Below, piece by piece: positions 26,711-41,689 of a DNA stretch of 64,000 nucleotides. The position numbers and the translations under genes were made by a program. Origin of the DNA: Raillietiella orientalis (lineage: Eukaryota); NCBI GenBank assembly GCA_036172245.1, contig JAYWIR010000017.1, positions 1,674,001 through 1,738,000 of the forward strand, given 5' to 3'. Within the stretch, counting starts at the first letter, position 1. The number at the start of each line of letters is the position of its first letter. The notes under the pieces are model-generated. The model was not told the DNA's origin, did not search any database, and saw only the letters and a list, made by a program, of their open reading frames with translations.

Positions 26711-29700
26711 TTTCGTGGGCTCGCATGCGCGCTGCGCGCGCTTCCCGCTTATCGTATGAACTTCCGCTGGTCTCTCCCCCAACCTACACATGCACTTCTT
26801 CTACCTTGATAAATGAAAGAAAACAAAGAGCATGCTACCCAAAGTGGAAGACTTGACAGCCCATATCAAAACATCTTTCCAAAGAGATTCATCGGGTGTC
26901 ATCAGCAGACAAGAAAATTTATTGCCTGCGTTTTCATGAGCAAAAAACCCGCACGAATGAGGGGTGCACGTGCGACAATCGATGTCCACACACTCCATGT
27001 TCGCCTGATCGCGTTTACGTGGGGACCAAAATAAGAAAAAGCCACGGCAGTGGACCGAAATTCTGGAATCGAAAAAGTAACTCCCTTCCCTCCTGCCAAG
27101 AGCGAAGGTTCGACCATGGAAGCGCCCAAAACGAGGCGGGGAAACGGGCGGGAGAGAGACCAAGCCAAGGAGACAAACAGACTTCCCGCCGAGGCAGTCC
27201 ATTCGCGCGATCCGCGTCCCCCACGCATGCCACCTCTGCGTCAGCGCCCGAAATTTCGGTGGCATATCTTGCAGACTCGCCAGCCAACGCTGCAAGCATC
27301 CGAATCGCTGCACGGGAGGTTCGCTTGCAGCCCGCGCTCGCGTCCCGACCCGAGAAACTTCCAACCGCCGCACCCGGTGCTTGCTGGCTTTCCCGTTTTT
27401 CAAGTGCCGAGCCGGAGGAGAGGGATTCGCACTGCGAGAAGGGGCAGCTGCACGCGCTCCATCCTCCGCCACGTGAGCCTGGCGTCGTGGCGAGCCAGGT
27501 GCTCACCCCTTCCTCCCGGCTGCGGAGCGCATCCTCGCTCTCCCGCAACGCCAGAGAAGAGACGGAAGAACGTGCGGTCGCGACCACCGCAGCGCCTGGC
27601 CTCCGGGCGCACCGTTCCGTGCCTCGAGCTTCCTCCCACTGCGACCGCACTCTGCCCTCTGCCTAAATGGAGACGCTGAGGTAAGAACGGCGAGAAGGAA
27701 GGAACGGTCGCACACGCTTCCTTCCTCCCATCTCCCTCCTTGCCTGCCGATCTCCGAGGCGCCCCGAACTCCGCATTCCACCGGATCCCGGATGGTGCGT
27801 TTGCTCTCGCATGTCGCATCCCCGGGAAGGACCGACGTGCAAGGAGTGCAGTGTGCGTTCCGCACCCGCTGAGAAAGAAACGAACACAAAACGCATCTCG
27901 CACTCGAGGAAACTGCGACGTGAGCTCCCGTGGAAAAGCAGCACCCACTGGACGCGCGCGCAAGCAATCGGCGCGAGGGTGGCGCCACGCCAGCAGATGG
28001 CTCTTGAGGGCGCGAAACAGCTCGCTCCCGGAGGATTGGAGCCGCATCCCGGGGATCACACGCACGACAAGAGCCACGCGCTCCGCGTGCGGAAGGATCG
28101 GAGAACCACTGCTGGGACGTGAGCGGCCGCGACGGCGACCCGCTGGCTACGCCCGCGCGGGGAGCACCAGCCAGTCTTCCCTGCCCATCCCTTCCCGAGC
28201 TTTCTCTTCCGTTCCGTCGCATGGCCGCCACCGACCGTCGCGTTTGCCCGCATCGCGCGGTTCCTGCTCCACTTCCGAAAATGTAGCCTCCGTCGTAACG
28301 CAATTTGCGTTGACAACTTGATGACGGCGAATGGAGAAGCCCGTCCAGCGTGAGGTCTGCTGCTTCCCGTCAGCCACCAATCAGCTGCATCCGGAAAGTG
28401 GCTGGAAAAAATGCAAACAAAAGAAGGTGAAAACTGCAATCTCGTAGGTAGGAGAACTCGGTTCATGCCAGAAGCGTGGCGTTCTCTTTCGCAGCACTTT
28501 GCTGACAAAGTCTCTTCAAGATGCTATCCTACGTCCAAGTGATGCTTCCTCCCTCGTCGTGCGGGGTGAATCGAGTCGCGTCTCCCGAAAACCGATCCGC
28601 CGAGCACAACCCCTCCGAAAGTGCACGCATCCCGGATCGAGAATCGGAATCCAACCGGGCAGAGAGCTCGCTTCCACGCGTTCCTGAAGCAGGCCTAAGA
28701 GAAGTCCTGGAAAAGTAGAAGCATCGGCTGATCAGCGTCGTCCTCTTGGAGAAGAGCAGCATCCGGAAACGCAACAGCGCCTCCGCACTATCCCGTTTCC
28801 AATACTCACCTGGCTTCGAGGTGTTCGATTGTGATCCCGCTTCCTCTTGTGAAGAAGAGAGCGAACCCGTGATGCCCCGCAAATCGGAGTCGGCGACGTG
28901 CGCTGGGCGGAGCAGCCTCAGGAACCTGCACGCTTCTTGTCCTCCCCTCGGATTCCGGAGTTGATCTGGAGAGAAATCACTCCTCCGTTTGTCCAGCGGC
29001 CCCGCATCATCATTGCAGTCCATGGACTCTAGTGCCCGAAGCCACGGGATGACGTTCCGCAGCGTGCAGTTGCTGCGGAACAGAAGCACGTGCTAAACCA
29101 CGTTTCCACGTCCATCACTGTGCACTTTTTGTTCGTGCTCTTCCAAAAGAAGGATGGATTTGCTCGCGTCTTGCTGAGTTGCGAGAAGCACGGCGGAAAG
29201 CATTCGCCACGCGCAAAAATTCCCTTTCCCAGTGGTCACACGACACGAAGAGAGCTCTCGTCCAATGCGATCCCAGTCTTGAAGTTGAAGCGTCTCACGA
29301 ATTCCTGAAGGGGATTCGGAATGCTTGAGGCAAACGTGGCACACAGTCACGTCTGCAGAACACGTGTGCACGCTTTGCAACCATCGAACGCTTCGTGCTC
29401 CGTGTGCTGGTCTCCAAATGACAAAAGATCAGGTCTTTGAGATTCTCCTGCTGCCAGCGTCCGGAGAACTACGAAATGGAGAAAGCGGAACCCAAGGAAG
29501 AAGACCGAAACGCCCCTGCGTCTTCCCAGTGTTCCAGCTTTTCCCGGCTGCATCCCTCGATTTTCGACAGCCATCCCATGCCTCGATACGCTCCCCGCAT
29601 TCCGTGACCTTAGGATGGCCTTCTTAAGAATGCGGTAATGTGTCTACAGGTGTCGTTGTGGGAAGCCATCCCTTCCATTGCAGCTTCGCTGCTTCCTTTT

Positions 29701-32700
29701 CCGCTGCCATGAGCCGAACGGCGGCGGCGGCGGCGGACCCATTAGGGATTGCGCTTTATTCCGCAGCCAAGAAGAGATACTTTTGACATGCGACGCGTTT
29801 GCCCTTCCCGTTGAGTGTCGGCTAACGGAGTCCGGGTTTCTCAAGTGAGTCATCGATCAGAGGAAAGCAGGCCACCGGCTTTGTGCGAGAATCGAGCATT
29901 TGAACGTTTCCAGTATATTCATTCTGGGGGATGTCAACGGAGGTTCCTCTACCATCCCTTCCTAGAGCGCTTGTGCATGATTTAGTGCAAAAGCTCATAA
30001 GGAAGCATCTCGAACCCAGAAGGATAAATTCCCGGCAGTGATTGCAGTGCTTCAAGAATCCGCATCAAAGTCCGGCATCGATCCCTTCCTATTCATTTCC
30101 GTCTGCAAGCACAAACTCCTCCATTCGTTGTCGATCTTGAGCACTGCTCATGTGTAGCCTTTCCGTCGGCATTCAACTGCAGCGTTTCACGTGGGATACC
30201 GATTTCCGAAGAAGCTGATCAAGTTTGATACAAGAAATAAGTACGTTTCCTTTTTGTATTCCGCAAAAATTCGCTCTTGCTCAGTATCGCATAGGCAATG
30301 GATGCGCATCCATAAGTTAACCAATCTTCCGCTTTTGCCACTGCCAAGCATTCTCCTCATCCACCCTGTCTGCCTTTATCCTTTGCGCACATGTGGCTCA
30401 AAGCGCCACCCTGCAATCGTCTTCCTGCAGAAAGAAGGGGTGCTGCTGCCGACAAGTGCGCCTTGTCGCAAGCCAAACGAAGAAGCCATGGTGAGCGAAC
30501 ACTCTGCTTGCAAGTTCATCCCGCACCCAAACGAGTCCGCAAAGCACTGGAACCTTCCAGTTTATCGTTTCGGTTTGCAATCATCGTACAAGGATTGGTA
30601 CGGCGCGGATCAGGCGCGACACGGCGCAAGCAAACGCGATCGTCGCCTCAAACGGAAAAGAGCTCGAACCCAGAAGGCCGTGTCGTGTCGTACTGGGCTC
30701 GTTGATTTTCTTCTTCCTCAGAGCTTTCTGATCCAGATCAATCATCGCGATGGAAATCCAATGAGAGGGGAGTGCACTTAAACTCTCGAGAAAGAGGATG
30801 GAGCTTTTCGACCGTCAGGAAACAAGAAAACGTGAACCTGCTAACTCGTCGACATGGATTTGCAGATCGCATGACTTCTCGCAGTCATCCCAAAGAGAGA
30901 CCACTGAGCACTGACAAAGGAATGTCGACATTCACTCGGGTAGGAGACAAAGGCAAAAGACTTTCCAGAAACTGGCGATTTTCTTCCCCTAAGGAAAGTG
31001 CATTTGCAGAATGCGTTTGGAATATAATTTTGTTGGGACACCAAAAGACACACAGGAATACCGCTTGTTTCCGTTTTGATGGAGGCGTCCATTGAAGCCT
31101 GAAAACGTGGTTGTACGCACCTTTTCCCAAGAAGAACGCCTCACACTTGCAAAAAATAGTCCGACGGATCGGCAGTGATTTCGCGTGGTTCGAATCCGCA
31201 GTCTCGACTGAAACGCTGGCAGACAACGAGGAGGACCTGATGATCTGGCCAATGTTTGCACGCAAAGCAGCAAAGAAAAGGTAAAAGAGAAGAAAAGCAG
31301 GATGGCAAGGCGCATGTCCATTTCAGCGAGCACAGGTTTCGGGAAGGGAGGTTTCAGCAGCCCACCGATTCCCGGTGAGAAGTGATAGCAACTTTCCGCT
31401 CGCAGCGGCAACTCGGTATCGAAGGCCGACTCGTAGCCCCAACTGCCAACAGCCGCATCTCCTTTAGATCAGCAGCACTCGGGCGTAATGTAGGGGAAGA
31501 GTTGGCAAGAAGAAGAATTTTGCCCACCGCTTTCCTACGCTTGCTTCGCAATTCTCCGTTTTGTGTCAGAGCGCGATCCCATAGCAACGTCGCGTCTTGG
31601 TTTGCTTCCTCACCCTTTTCCGAACATAACTGGATCATTCGTTTCAGGTGAGCAGCCATTCGTTTCAGTTGCTTCTCTCCCGTACAAACCCATAACATGA
31701 ACTGAAGCAGGAAGCACAGCATGGCACTCGCTCTGAAATTGGCGTTCACATGGGAATGGCAATCGTAACGCAAACGAGGCAGCAAGAGCGTTGGATAGCA
31801 TGCGGTGTCCAACCACCAGTACATCGCGGTGTTCAATTTCCACTCACTTTCTGGAATCCCAGTTTTCAACCGACTGTTGTGGAACGGGCGGAGAATGAAG
31901 ACGAGAAAAGGAGCTATGTGCAATTCCGTTCGGTGATGCTGCAGAAGGAGATTAGACAAACGCCGTTTCTCACTCCAGTCGATGCAGTAGCTTGCCAAAG
32001 GACCTCCGGTTCCATGGTTCCGCTTCGCGGGCTGCATCTATTCGCTTTTCCAATGCCCACACTCTTTGACGCTAGGAAGAAGAAAGACGAACGTTTTGCA
32101 AGAGTGGGAATCGATGGAAATTTGAAACGAATAGGGCGGTGCAACACGCGTCCAAGCGAAATGAATGGGAAAATGAAGTCCAAGCCTTTAAAGAATGATG
32201 AGTTTCGAAGGCCTGCTTCTACGTGGAGCAACAGTTTTTTCCTCTTGGAAGAAACAAAGCAACTTGGTAAGTTTTCGCAAGGGCTTATCTTTGCAAGGAA
32301 GCACTCGCGAACGTGCAAAGTTCGGCACCATTCAGAGAAAGCGAAGAAGACGTAAAAGTTGCCCTTCGGGATCCGAAAAACGAACGGAACGTGCTCTGCT
32401 CTACTCGGCGCCCCCCCATCTCGCATTTTCAGCCGGCTGTTTTTGCAGCGGAATGGCGAATGCACGATATCGACACGATATCAACAACCATCGTGCTGAA
32501 GAGCACGCAAGAGAAGGCAGCCGTGCGATGGTTGAAGGGATTCAATGGAAATTTGCTCGTTGACGTTACCCCCGTCAGCCGACGGATCGTCCAAGCCTCC
32601 ACGTTTGTTCGCGTGCCAAGCACCGAGGCGATAGAATGACTCGCAGCCGCTTTGCTGATCTGACAGGACTCAGCCCACGAATCTGTTTCGTGCGAGCTCC

Positions 32701-32846
32701 CTTTGATTCATCTTTGCCCACGATGGCTCAGTAAGCACAATTCGTGCGGCAGAGGCAGAAAATCTGTTAAAACACTGGCGAGAGCAGCCGTCGATTATGC
32801 TGAAGACTCTGAGAAAGCCGTGCCTCCAGATAAGCCGTTACCTGCT

Positions 32847-32865
32847 CCCCCCCCCCCCCCCCCCC
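32847..32865 (+). repeat. Poly-C run (19 nt)
   Basis: Direct observation. Confidence 0.9.
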
Positions 32866-35800
32866 TGCTGAAGGACAATTTCGCAGCAGATCAGTAGTCA
32901 GAGAGATCGATGCTCGAACTCCCCTCAGGAAGGATCGGGAGACTTTGAAAAGATCCCACGCTTCGGATCGGTCTTTGCTGCCTCCAAGACCGAATGGAAA
33001 GCTCGGCAAAACAGCGCAATCCACCTGAACGGAAGGGAACAAAGGTGCGGAGTTGAACGTGTCCACCACGTAGTCATTAGAAATGAACACCCGTTGGATC
33101 CGAGAACGTTTCGACGAGCTCGCTTCACAAATTTAGCACCATAAGAAGATCTGATCCACAGCAGCGCTTTTTGTTTTGCCCTTCTGTTGATGCATGCGAC
33201 CAAGATATCCAGCCAATTAGGCATCCGCCTTTTTCCGACTCTTTCATTTGTCGCTGGGGACTGCGAGTTCTCCAAGATCGCAAATCGAAAGAGCCTAATG
33301 AAGTGCTTCTCAGCCTAATCCTTGTGGAATGCTTCACCTGGAATTCTTTGCCCTCCCTGTCTCCGTTGGATCATCTGAAAAAGTTCACTTTTCCTGCCGT
33401 TTCTGACCTGGTCTTCGCTGAAGAGCGTCTCGCTTCCAAAGCCAGCCAGGAGAGTTCTAGGGAAATTCCGAATCCGGAAACTGCTGGCTGCGGCAGGATC
33501 GACTACCCATTGCGACCACGAAAGAATTTCGCCAGAACCACTTGACTGCGAGCAGGAATCGCAATTGCTCTCGCGTTCCTCTTCCTTCGCGATGCTGGAT
33601 GTCTGAATTTGCATTCAGACTATTCAGCCACGTTCGAGCGAATGTTCATAGTGGAGTGGACGTCAACGAGGGTGACGTAAGCACTACCTGTGCGTTCAAA
33701 AAAGGAAAAGTCGCAAGATGTACAATATTTTTTTTTCTATTCTTTCCAGATCAAAAAACCCAAATTTTATTCAAAGATGCTTGATGTCGATGACACACAA
33801 TCACGTGGAACGCGCGATTTCTTTCGGATCCATCTAGCTCTTTGGCTGCAACCAGCAGCTTTCGATTGAGCCCCATTCGAGTTTAGGTTGCCTTGGGAAA
33901 GCTAAGAGGCACAGAATATGAAAGCAGCAACGAGAACAAACACGTGGAGAACACATCGGCAGAACACGACTCTGAAATTGGCGTCTGCTGAAACAAACAT
34001 GCAAGAACCAATCTGTTTCCGGCATCACCTTCACGAATTTTGCCTTCCGTCACGCTCTTTTTGCGACTCCTAACCATCAGCGAATGGAACTTTCCAAAAT
34101 GACAGGGGAGCAGAGAAACAGGAAAGAGTTTGGGGCCTCCGTGGCTGCTGCACGTATCTTGCTGAGAGCCGATTCTTGCTTTCCGCGGAACGGCAGCGTC
34201 TTGAGTATCGCAAGAAAAAGTGATTTCGGCATGTAAACCACAATTTGAATGCGACAGCAGCCGGTATGCGGATCTCTCCCAGTCGGAAATCAGGTCTTGT
34301 TTTTGGCAAGGGTGCTGCAGCATGCAGCAAGGCTGATGTGTTGGCAGCAGCGGGTTCGAACGTCGAGAAAGAAGAAGGTGACGCAAAGCAGCAGAACCAG
34401 AAAACTTGAAAGTATTTTCCTGATCGAAGCGGACCGCTTCCGGAAGTCTCCACCTCGTCCAAAGTATGCATTTCTTCACAGACCGGAAGCATACTTGCTT
34501 CCCCCTTCCTTTTCCGTTCCCAATGCTGCTGCCACGGGCTTCCTTTCTGCGTAGGAGCAAACTTGCCTTTTTTTTTCGTCGAATCGTTTCCTTCCTAGAA
34601 TGCGATAACGTCTCTTCACCATCCCTGCGAAAGTCATTCACAGAATGCAGGTCCTCGAAGTCTTTCCTGGGGGTATCTGCAAAGTGGATGAAGGATAGTT
34701 TCCATTCGGCTTGTCAACCTGATTCGCAAAGCACCGAATCATCGATAGTCATGGTGTGATGATCGTCCAACAACAAGAGCACGGCTGTTTTTTGGTGTTT
34801 CGAAATGCGAGCAAGACGAAAGGAGAAATCCTGGACGTCAGAACTGGAACTGTCGCGGCTGTCGAACAGAATGGATGATTTCTGGAAAGTGGAGACTCGG
34901 CCTGGAAATGCACGAGAGCCGGTAAGCGAACCGCTCTGTGCACACAGGGTGCTGGAGAAAAGGAAAAAAGCAGATTGCCAAGTAAGCGTCGTCAAGAACT
35001 CCAAATTTTCCAAATTTCAAAGAAAGTGCTTTGATGTTTACCTACATCCGCATTCCATTTCTCATCGAGTATCTTGAAGAGGAAGCAGTTCGATAAAATG
35101 GAAAATTGGATAAAGTTCAGGATGTCCAATCGGATGGGGAAAGCTGTCCAGATCAAGAAAGTTTCTCGTCGACTAATGAGAAATGGTGAACTGGCGAGGA
35201 AGGTGGAGGTGCTGCGGTGGCAAAACGTAAGGAACGGAGTGGGAATGCAGACTCCTCCCGAGTGGAGAGCCAATCTTTACTGACTTTGAAGAGAAAGGAC
35301 GTCATGTCGGAATATGTCGCAGTCGAAATCATTGGAAGACCTCGCAATTTGCCCTTTGCGCGCCTCGATTCGCGCCTCGACAAGGTGCGCACCACAAGTA
35401 CGACAAGGCATCGAGTGCATTCCGGTGCTTGGAGGAAGATGCATCACTGTCTGGCACTCTAAGCGCACAGCTTGGGGGCACGCGACTCCGGATCTGCCTC
35501 TTCGTCAAGCAAGCAGTGTCCGGACTCCCTTCCATCTTTGGAATTGTGATGTCTAGGGAATCTGTTGGAAAAGCAGTCTGAAAGGCATCCATCAGCCTGA
35601 AGCCTAATCCGTCTATCGTCTATGGCCCACTTCGATATTCTCTGGCATTCTGGGCAAGATGCAGGGTTTACAGAGATGCTACTGCATTTTCAAACTCAGG
35701 TTTCTGATTCCGGTGCTGTTCTCACTTGAGACAAGCACCATCTTATTGAGGGACCTGTTCCTTCTTGACCTCTGAGATCTGGTCCTGCTTCTGGAATCAG

Positions 35801-38800
35801 ACATGTCTCTTCGGCGTTTCAGAAACCAACAGCAACAATCAAGTCTGAACCCAAACTCCCGTCGGAAATTATCCTATCAACAGAAACACAAGTTTAGCAC
35901 TTCTCACATGGATCCATTGGTCGCTTCATTGCTGCATTTTCGTTTTCAACCGTCTTTGGAGATCACCAAAGAATTGAAGAAAAAAAGTGCAGGAAGCAAT
36001 GGAGCGAACGCCTGCTGCGAATGCAGCCTCCCGAGTGCCTTTCGCCTCGTCGCTCAACCCATCCGTTTGTCTCAGCGCTCTTCATCCATTCAAAACGTGA
36101 AAAAAGTATCGTCCGTTCTCTCAAGCCGAGCGGTGTGCAAAAAAGGGAAAAACCATTTTTTTTTGTCGCAACTGATGCCCGTCGCTGGACTTCCGTTTCG
36201 CAGTCATGCCGGCGAGTTCCACAACGGCAAGTGAATTCCAACCGGAAGACGAAACGTTTTCGAACCACACGCTTTGCGATCAGCAGGCGACTGGATCGAC
36301 TTGCAAACGGCTCCTTTCCGCTGTGGAAACTTCTGCCTATCCCTCTCCAACAGTTGCCATCCGGAGTGCACGTTCGAACGCTTTCGAGGTGTACGCGAAA
36401 GCCAAAGACCCCCATGCGTCCAGGTGACAGTTCCACGTAAGCACGTTCGGAGTGTAAGGAGGACACTGAAAACGCCTTTCCCGAAACGAAAGGAGTCCCG
36501 TAGCGCATTCCTGCACTCGCGTCCGCTAAGGTAGCTCTTTGCCCGCTGGCAGAAACCCCTGTATTTCCCGAATCGCTTCGCACCCGTGGCCATGGGAGAG
36601 CAAAGAGAATTCTCGGTTTGCACGCGAACGGAGAGGACGCGTTTGCCAAGCCGTTTCTCCACTTGACGGGCATCCGAGCAAGGCTTTCGAAAGAAATCTC
36701 CTGCATCGCTCTTGGCGCACCGGGAAAAAGTCATTCCTGTCTTGTTTGCGGATCAGGAGCACTGGATCTCCCTATGTTCGACTAGGGTGGCCAACTCTCT
36801 TGAAAACCAGTCCCTCTCGAACCCGGTAAAACATCATCCATCTGCTTCCCATTTTCTCGCTGACAGCGGTTCAGAGAAACCACCCGGAAATCGAAGGAAA
36901 AGCGAACGTGGAACATTCGAAGGTGAAGTGCAAGCAGAGAAGGAGGCCGTGAGGTGATGCAACGATTCGTTTGCAGAGAACGAAAGATCCACCTCAACAC
37001 GCGTTTCCGCTTTGCGGCTTGCAGCGGAACATACCGCGCGCACCCGCAGCGTATGCGTTTCGATTGCTTCGGCAAAGTGCAGCAAACCGGGCACCTGGCT
37101 GGCTGTCAATTCATGTTGGCCCAGGATGCGTTCACCAGGATCGGAAACAAGACGAGCCAGCGTGGCACTTGGGCCACGGGCATCGAAGCAACGCTTGTTG
37201 CCTCCACGCCTTGCTGCGTTTTCCAAGAAAATCTCAAGGCGCATTGGCTCGTTTGGTCAGGGCTACTGGATTCCGTTTCATGCTGACTTTGCAGTGGGAA
37301 GCCCTTCCTATCCGTCCAAGTTCTCTTCACCACCATCCGCGCCTGCAAGTGTTGCTATGTAGTAGATACTCTGCACCAAGCATGACAAGGAGAGCTGGAA
37401 AGCGTCAACCAAGCTGCGCAGCAAAAGCGCAGCGCTGACCCCGGACAGCATAGCACGAGAAAGGTGTCCAGGTAACGTGGAGAAGAAAAGGAAAAAACGC
37501 ATGACGAAAAGTCTAAAGTGCAGCCTAATCTGCAGCCTCGTAGCAGGCAGACTCCTCTCACAAGAATCCCTTGTCGCGTTCTTCTTCCCGTCCTGACAAC
37601 AGGCAGTCTCTCTCCGCATCTCGTTTCTTCACTGGATGGCAACATCTCCAGACACGGATCGTTTTCCGGTCCTTGTTGCTCGCACGGATATTTGGGTTTC
37701 AGAGAGCACTCTTCCCTTTGATTTCGTTTGCAGGGGATGCAATCAGCCCGTTCGAACCATTGCAAACAAAAACAAAAAAAAATCAACGTGGATTACGGAC
37801 CAGTAATTCCATGGGAACGAGGAGATGATCATAGAAGATCGCCTCAGTGTTCAGCGTTTCCATGTCCACCGATTCGTGACTGCTCTTTCGATGATCGTGC
37901 AACAAGTTTCAATCATCTTAATTTCTTCCATAATTAGGAGATGCATGCAGACAAGAAGCACCGCGATCCCTCTCGAACTTACAGCTTCAGCATCGCATCT
38001 GGATTGCCCTTTGCTTCTTCCTGCTTCGTTGGGCGCCCGCCCTCGATTCTTTCTTTCTGCATTACAAGTTCACCACAATTGCACGCTTTCGATGGAGGGA
38101 AAAAAAAATCACGCAGTCAGGCACTTTTCAGCTCCGCGGACATCCAGAAGTAATCTTCCAGTCACTTACACGTTCCATCTTCCTTGCAAATCCTTCCTTC
38201 ACATTCCACCTTCCTTCCTTCTTTCGTGGTGTGCAAACTCTCCGCCCGCTTAGCCTCACCTCTCAACGAAGGTCCCTTTCACGCAGTGCTTGCTCACGGG
38301 AACGTGCATTTCGCACGCCCGTAAAGAGGATGACGTCTGTTGACGAGCCGGAAGGCATTCAGGCGGATCGTGACTTCTTCGCTCCGGATAATATGCTGCC
38401 GGAGATATCCCGCTTCTACTTTCACTGTCCGAAAATCAAGTAGCTTGCCTTCCCTGGTGCGTGGTCCGCGCGACACGAGCAGCGTTCGTCGCTCCCCGTG
38501 CACTCCCCTCCGCAGCCAGCCGCGTGGGCACAGCACACGCAGTGCTCCATTCCCGTGTCCATCTCGTGCCGATGCACGGCGTGCGCTGAAAACCAAGTCA
38601 AGGAATGAGGAATGCGTGACACGCTCGCATTTCCGAACGTGTGCGCCGGATGCCGAGCCGGTAAACTCCTATGCCCTCCGGCATGTTCGTGTTTCCAGTC
38701 CCTTCGGAGCAGCAGTCCAGTCCCTTCGGAGCAACGTGAACTCCGTGCAGAAGGCAAAGTGGGGTCTGTAGCTCTGGAAACGCGTGCACCGAGTCCGAAA

Positions 38801-41689
38801 ATCTGCTGGCACGAAAAGAGGAATGTTGAGGTACGACTTGCGCCGTTGCCGAGCGACTCGTTTGCAATCCAAGTCTGCTGCGATGGAAGAATGGTAAGCG
38901 TGCCTCGTTCAGAGATTGGCAGCACCGGAAGTGCACGCAACAACATGCTTTGGGCATGGATAGAATGAGAAGAATTATCATCACGTGGAAAGGCCGGCGA
39001 GTAGCGCACGTCGTTTTCCGAAGTGGAGCGGTGCATGCCGCGATGAAGTCCTGTTGCGGATCGGTGTGTGGCTGGCGGCCAACAGCGCAAAACGAAGAAC
39101 GCATTTCCTCACCGTCATCGCATGCAGGAAGAAGACGCACGATGGGGGGCGATTCGGGAAGCAGAAGTTTGTTGTGCTGGGTCTTCCATTCGAAGAAGCG
39201 GAAGGGCGCGTAGGCTGCTTCCTGCTTCTAGGAGTTTCTCCACCCTTTGGAGTGCGTTTGAGGTAAAGGAGTGAGAGGTACTCTGAGGAATGCGAACGCG
39301 CAAAAGATGAAACACAAGGAAGAAGAGAAACGATCATCGGTGCGCTCGCGAATGAATTGTTTTTCCGGAGAAAGCAGATCAAGAGACTGCCAATAAGCAG
39401 TGTTGCTGAACACCGTGTCCTCACACTTCGGAAGCCCAAAGGGCCTTTGGTTGTTTGTCATCGTGGCAAGATGTAACTTGGGAATGGGGTTGCTGTTTGC
39501 AGATTCTTAGAGATCCCCGTTCTTCGACTCGAAACGCTTCCATCAGAGAAGTGCAGAAAGGTGTGTGGAAAATGGGGAGTGGGACACCAGCATAAAGTGG
39601 AGTTTGCCTGAATGCAACCCATGTAGGAGTGAGGGACTAAAGGATTCGTACGTCGCATCGACGATTAGTAGAAAAACGCCTTCGGTACAGCGAACTCATC
39701 TATCGAGATGATAATTCACGTCATCTGAAGGATGGAGAGGATTCCTGCCGAAGAATTCCAACTCTAGTGGAGTTGGAAAGATGCAGCATGCTTAGGTCCA
39801 CGTTAGCACAATATGATGAACACCTGTGCGATTTGGGAAGCATTGCAGGAAAGCGTTCAGTTGTGGGACTACATGTGGCGGTAGTTGCTCTGGTCGTGGT
39901 ACATGATGGAAGGCATTGTCGCTGTTGGAAATCTGCAGAGTGAACGGAAATCTCGGAAGAGCAGGAGGCACAATGCAAGGACGGAGGTGGAGAAGACCAC
40001 GATGGAAAGCAATCAAAGCAAAGGAAAAATGAGTTGCACTCCTTGCTTTGATCAGGATGACCGTTTGAGCAAGGTCGAAGGAGACGAGAATCTCCGATCC
40101 ACCTGTGGAGGATAGTGAGAGGGCGAATAGTAAATGAGGCCTTCTTCCTTCCAAAGTAGGAAGCTCGCGGGAGGAGTTCAGGGAAACTGCATGGAAAGTG
40201 GCAAGCGCGGTCTCTATTTTGGCTCGAATCTTCACCCGAATCGGGAATGGAATTTTAAAATGGAACATTGCAGGGGTCCTTTACAGGGAACCGTTAATAA
40301 GGAAGAGAGAAGATGCCTTCTTTCTCATAACGGTAGCGAAACGGTGGAACTCTTTTCCACGATCAGAGAGATCCTTCATGCGTGTGTGTGTATGCGTGCG
40401 TTCCTCAAGTTGATTCATCGAACGAACAGTTGTTGCTGTTGTTTTTGCCTTCAATTTCGTAGCTGACATGTTTTGTTGCACGACGTGGAGCGGAGTATCG
40501 AGGTATCTAAGGGAAAAGAAAGAGAAAAGAAGGACTCGTAACATGCCAGCAGATCAGTACAATACGCGCAGCTGATCTTGCTCATCAGGAGCAAGATCGA
40601 GTTGAAGGCTTGAATCGGGCCGAGCGGAAGCTTCCGGGAGGATTGCAACTCTCCAAACGCTGATCCGGAAGGAAAAGCGCCACCAAGAGCGTGGTGGCTA
40701 TTCCTCACTTCCTACTGAGTGGAAGTTTCTAACAGAGCAATGGCTGTGCACGTGAACGATGGAGACGTACATACATCAATGAGAATCGGAGTTGTCGCCG
40801 AGCATTTACAAAGTCACGGTATTACGAGGCAAGAAGATGGATGTGATCAAGCGAAATCAGGCAGGATAAGAGGAAGAGGAATGTAGACAACGGCGCGAAG
40901 CTACGAGGACATTGCACTGGGAGATGAAAAGTCGAGGTAAAAACTCAAAGCAGGAAGCAGTCTCCAACAGCAGGGTACATGCGCATTCTTCCATGAGGTT
41001 CAACGAGTGACCTTTGATGATCGATGAACAACGGAAGCCTCCTCGGACGCGAGCCCGCATGGACGGCAACCATTCGTCGTCGTTCGGGCTAGGAAGCAAA
41101 GGTGTGCTTAGAAGCGGCCCTTCCAAGGCGCAACGTCCAACGATGGCCAAGTGGCACGCAAAGAAAACTCCGAACGTCGACTGTCGATCCGGAATGAAGA
41201 AAGTGAGCAGGAAGGGACGACGGAACGGCCCTGAGGCGATACGAATGCGGCGCATGTTGTGCCGGATGCCGATTCCGCACACGGGGGAGACTGTGCAATT
41301 TTTTGTTGACAAAAAGGGTGGTTGGTTGCCTGCGCGGTGGCGCAATTGCAGTCCATCGAATCACGCTTTGGGCATTCGGAAGTTCCGGAGTGCATTTCGG
41401 TTTCTTGGTTAACTATTTATCGCACGATTGATGCGAGCATCAATCTCTCCACCTACGAAAGAGATTTATGTACCAAAGCATTCTTGATGAGGCACAATAC
41501 GTGAGCATCTGCCACACTAATTCGCTGAGAGTCGGCGCATGCGGCTTGTTTGAAGCATTCGGAACTTTGCGCATGGTACGTCATCCGAGTTTGTACTCAA
41601 CTTTGCGCATACCTGCCCCAAATTCTTTGCATTTCTGGGCGCTTGGCTGCTATCTCACAGAATTCAAACTTTTCTTTCTCGCAACTTAC

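Noticed and set aside
40574..40598. Perfect 10-bp hairpin GATCTTGCTC-ATCAG-GAGCAAGATC as a Helitron 3' end
   Set aside because: No CTRR terminus at the expected distance; isolated hairpin.
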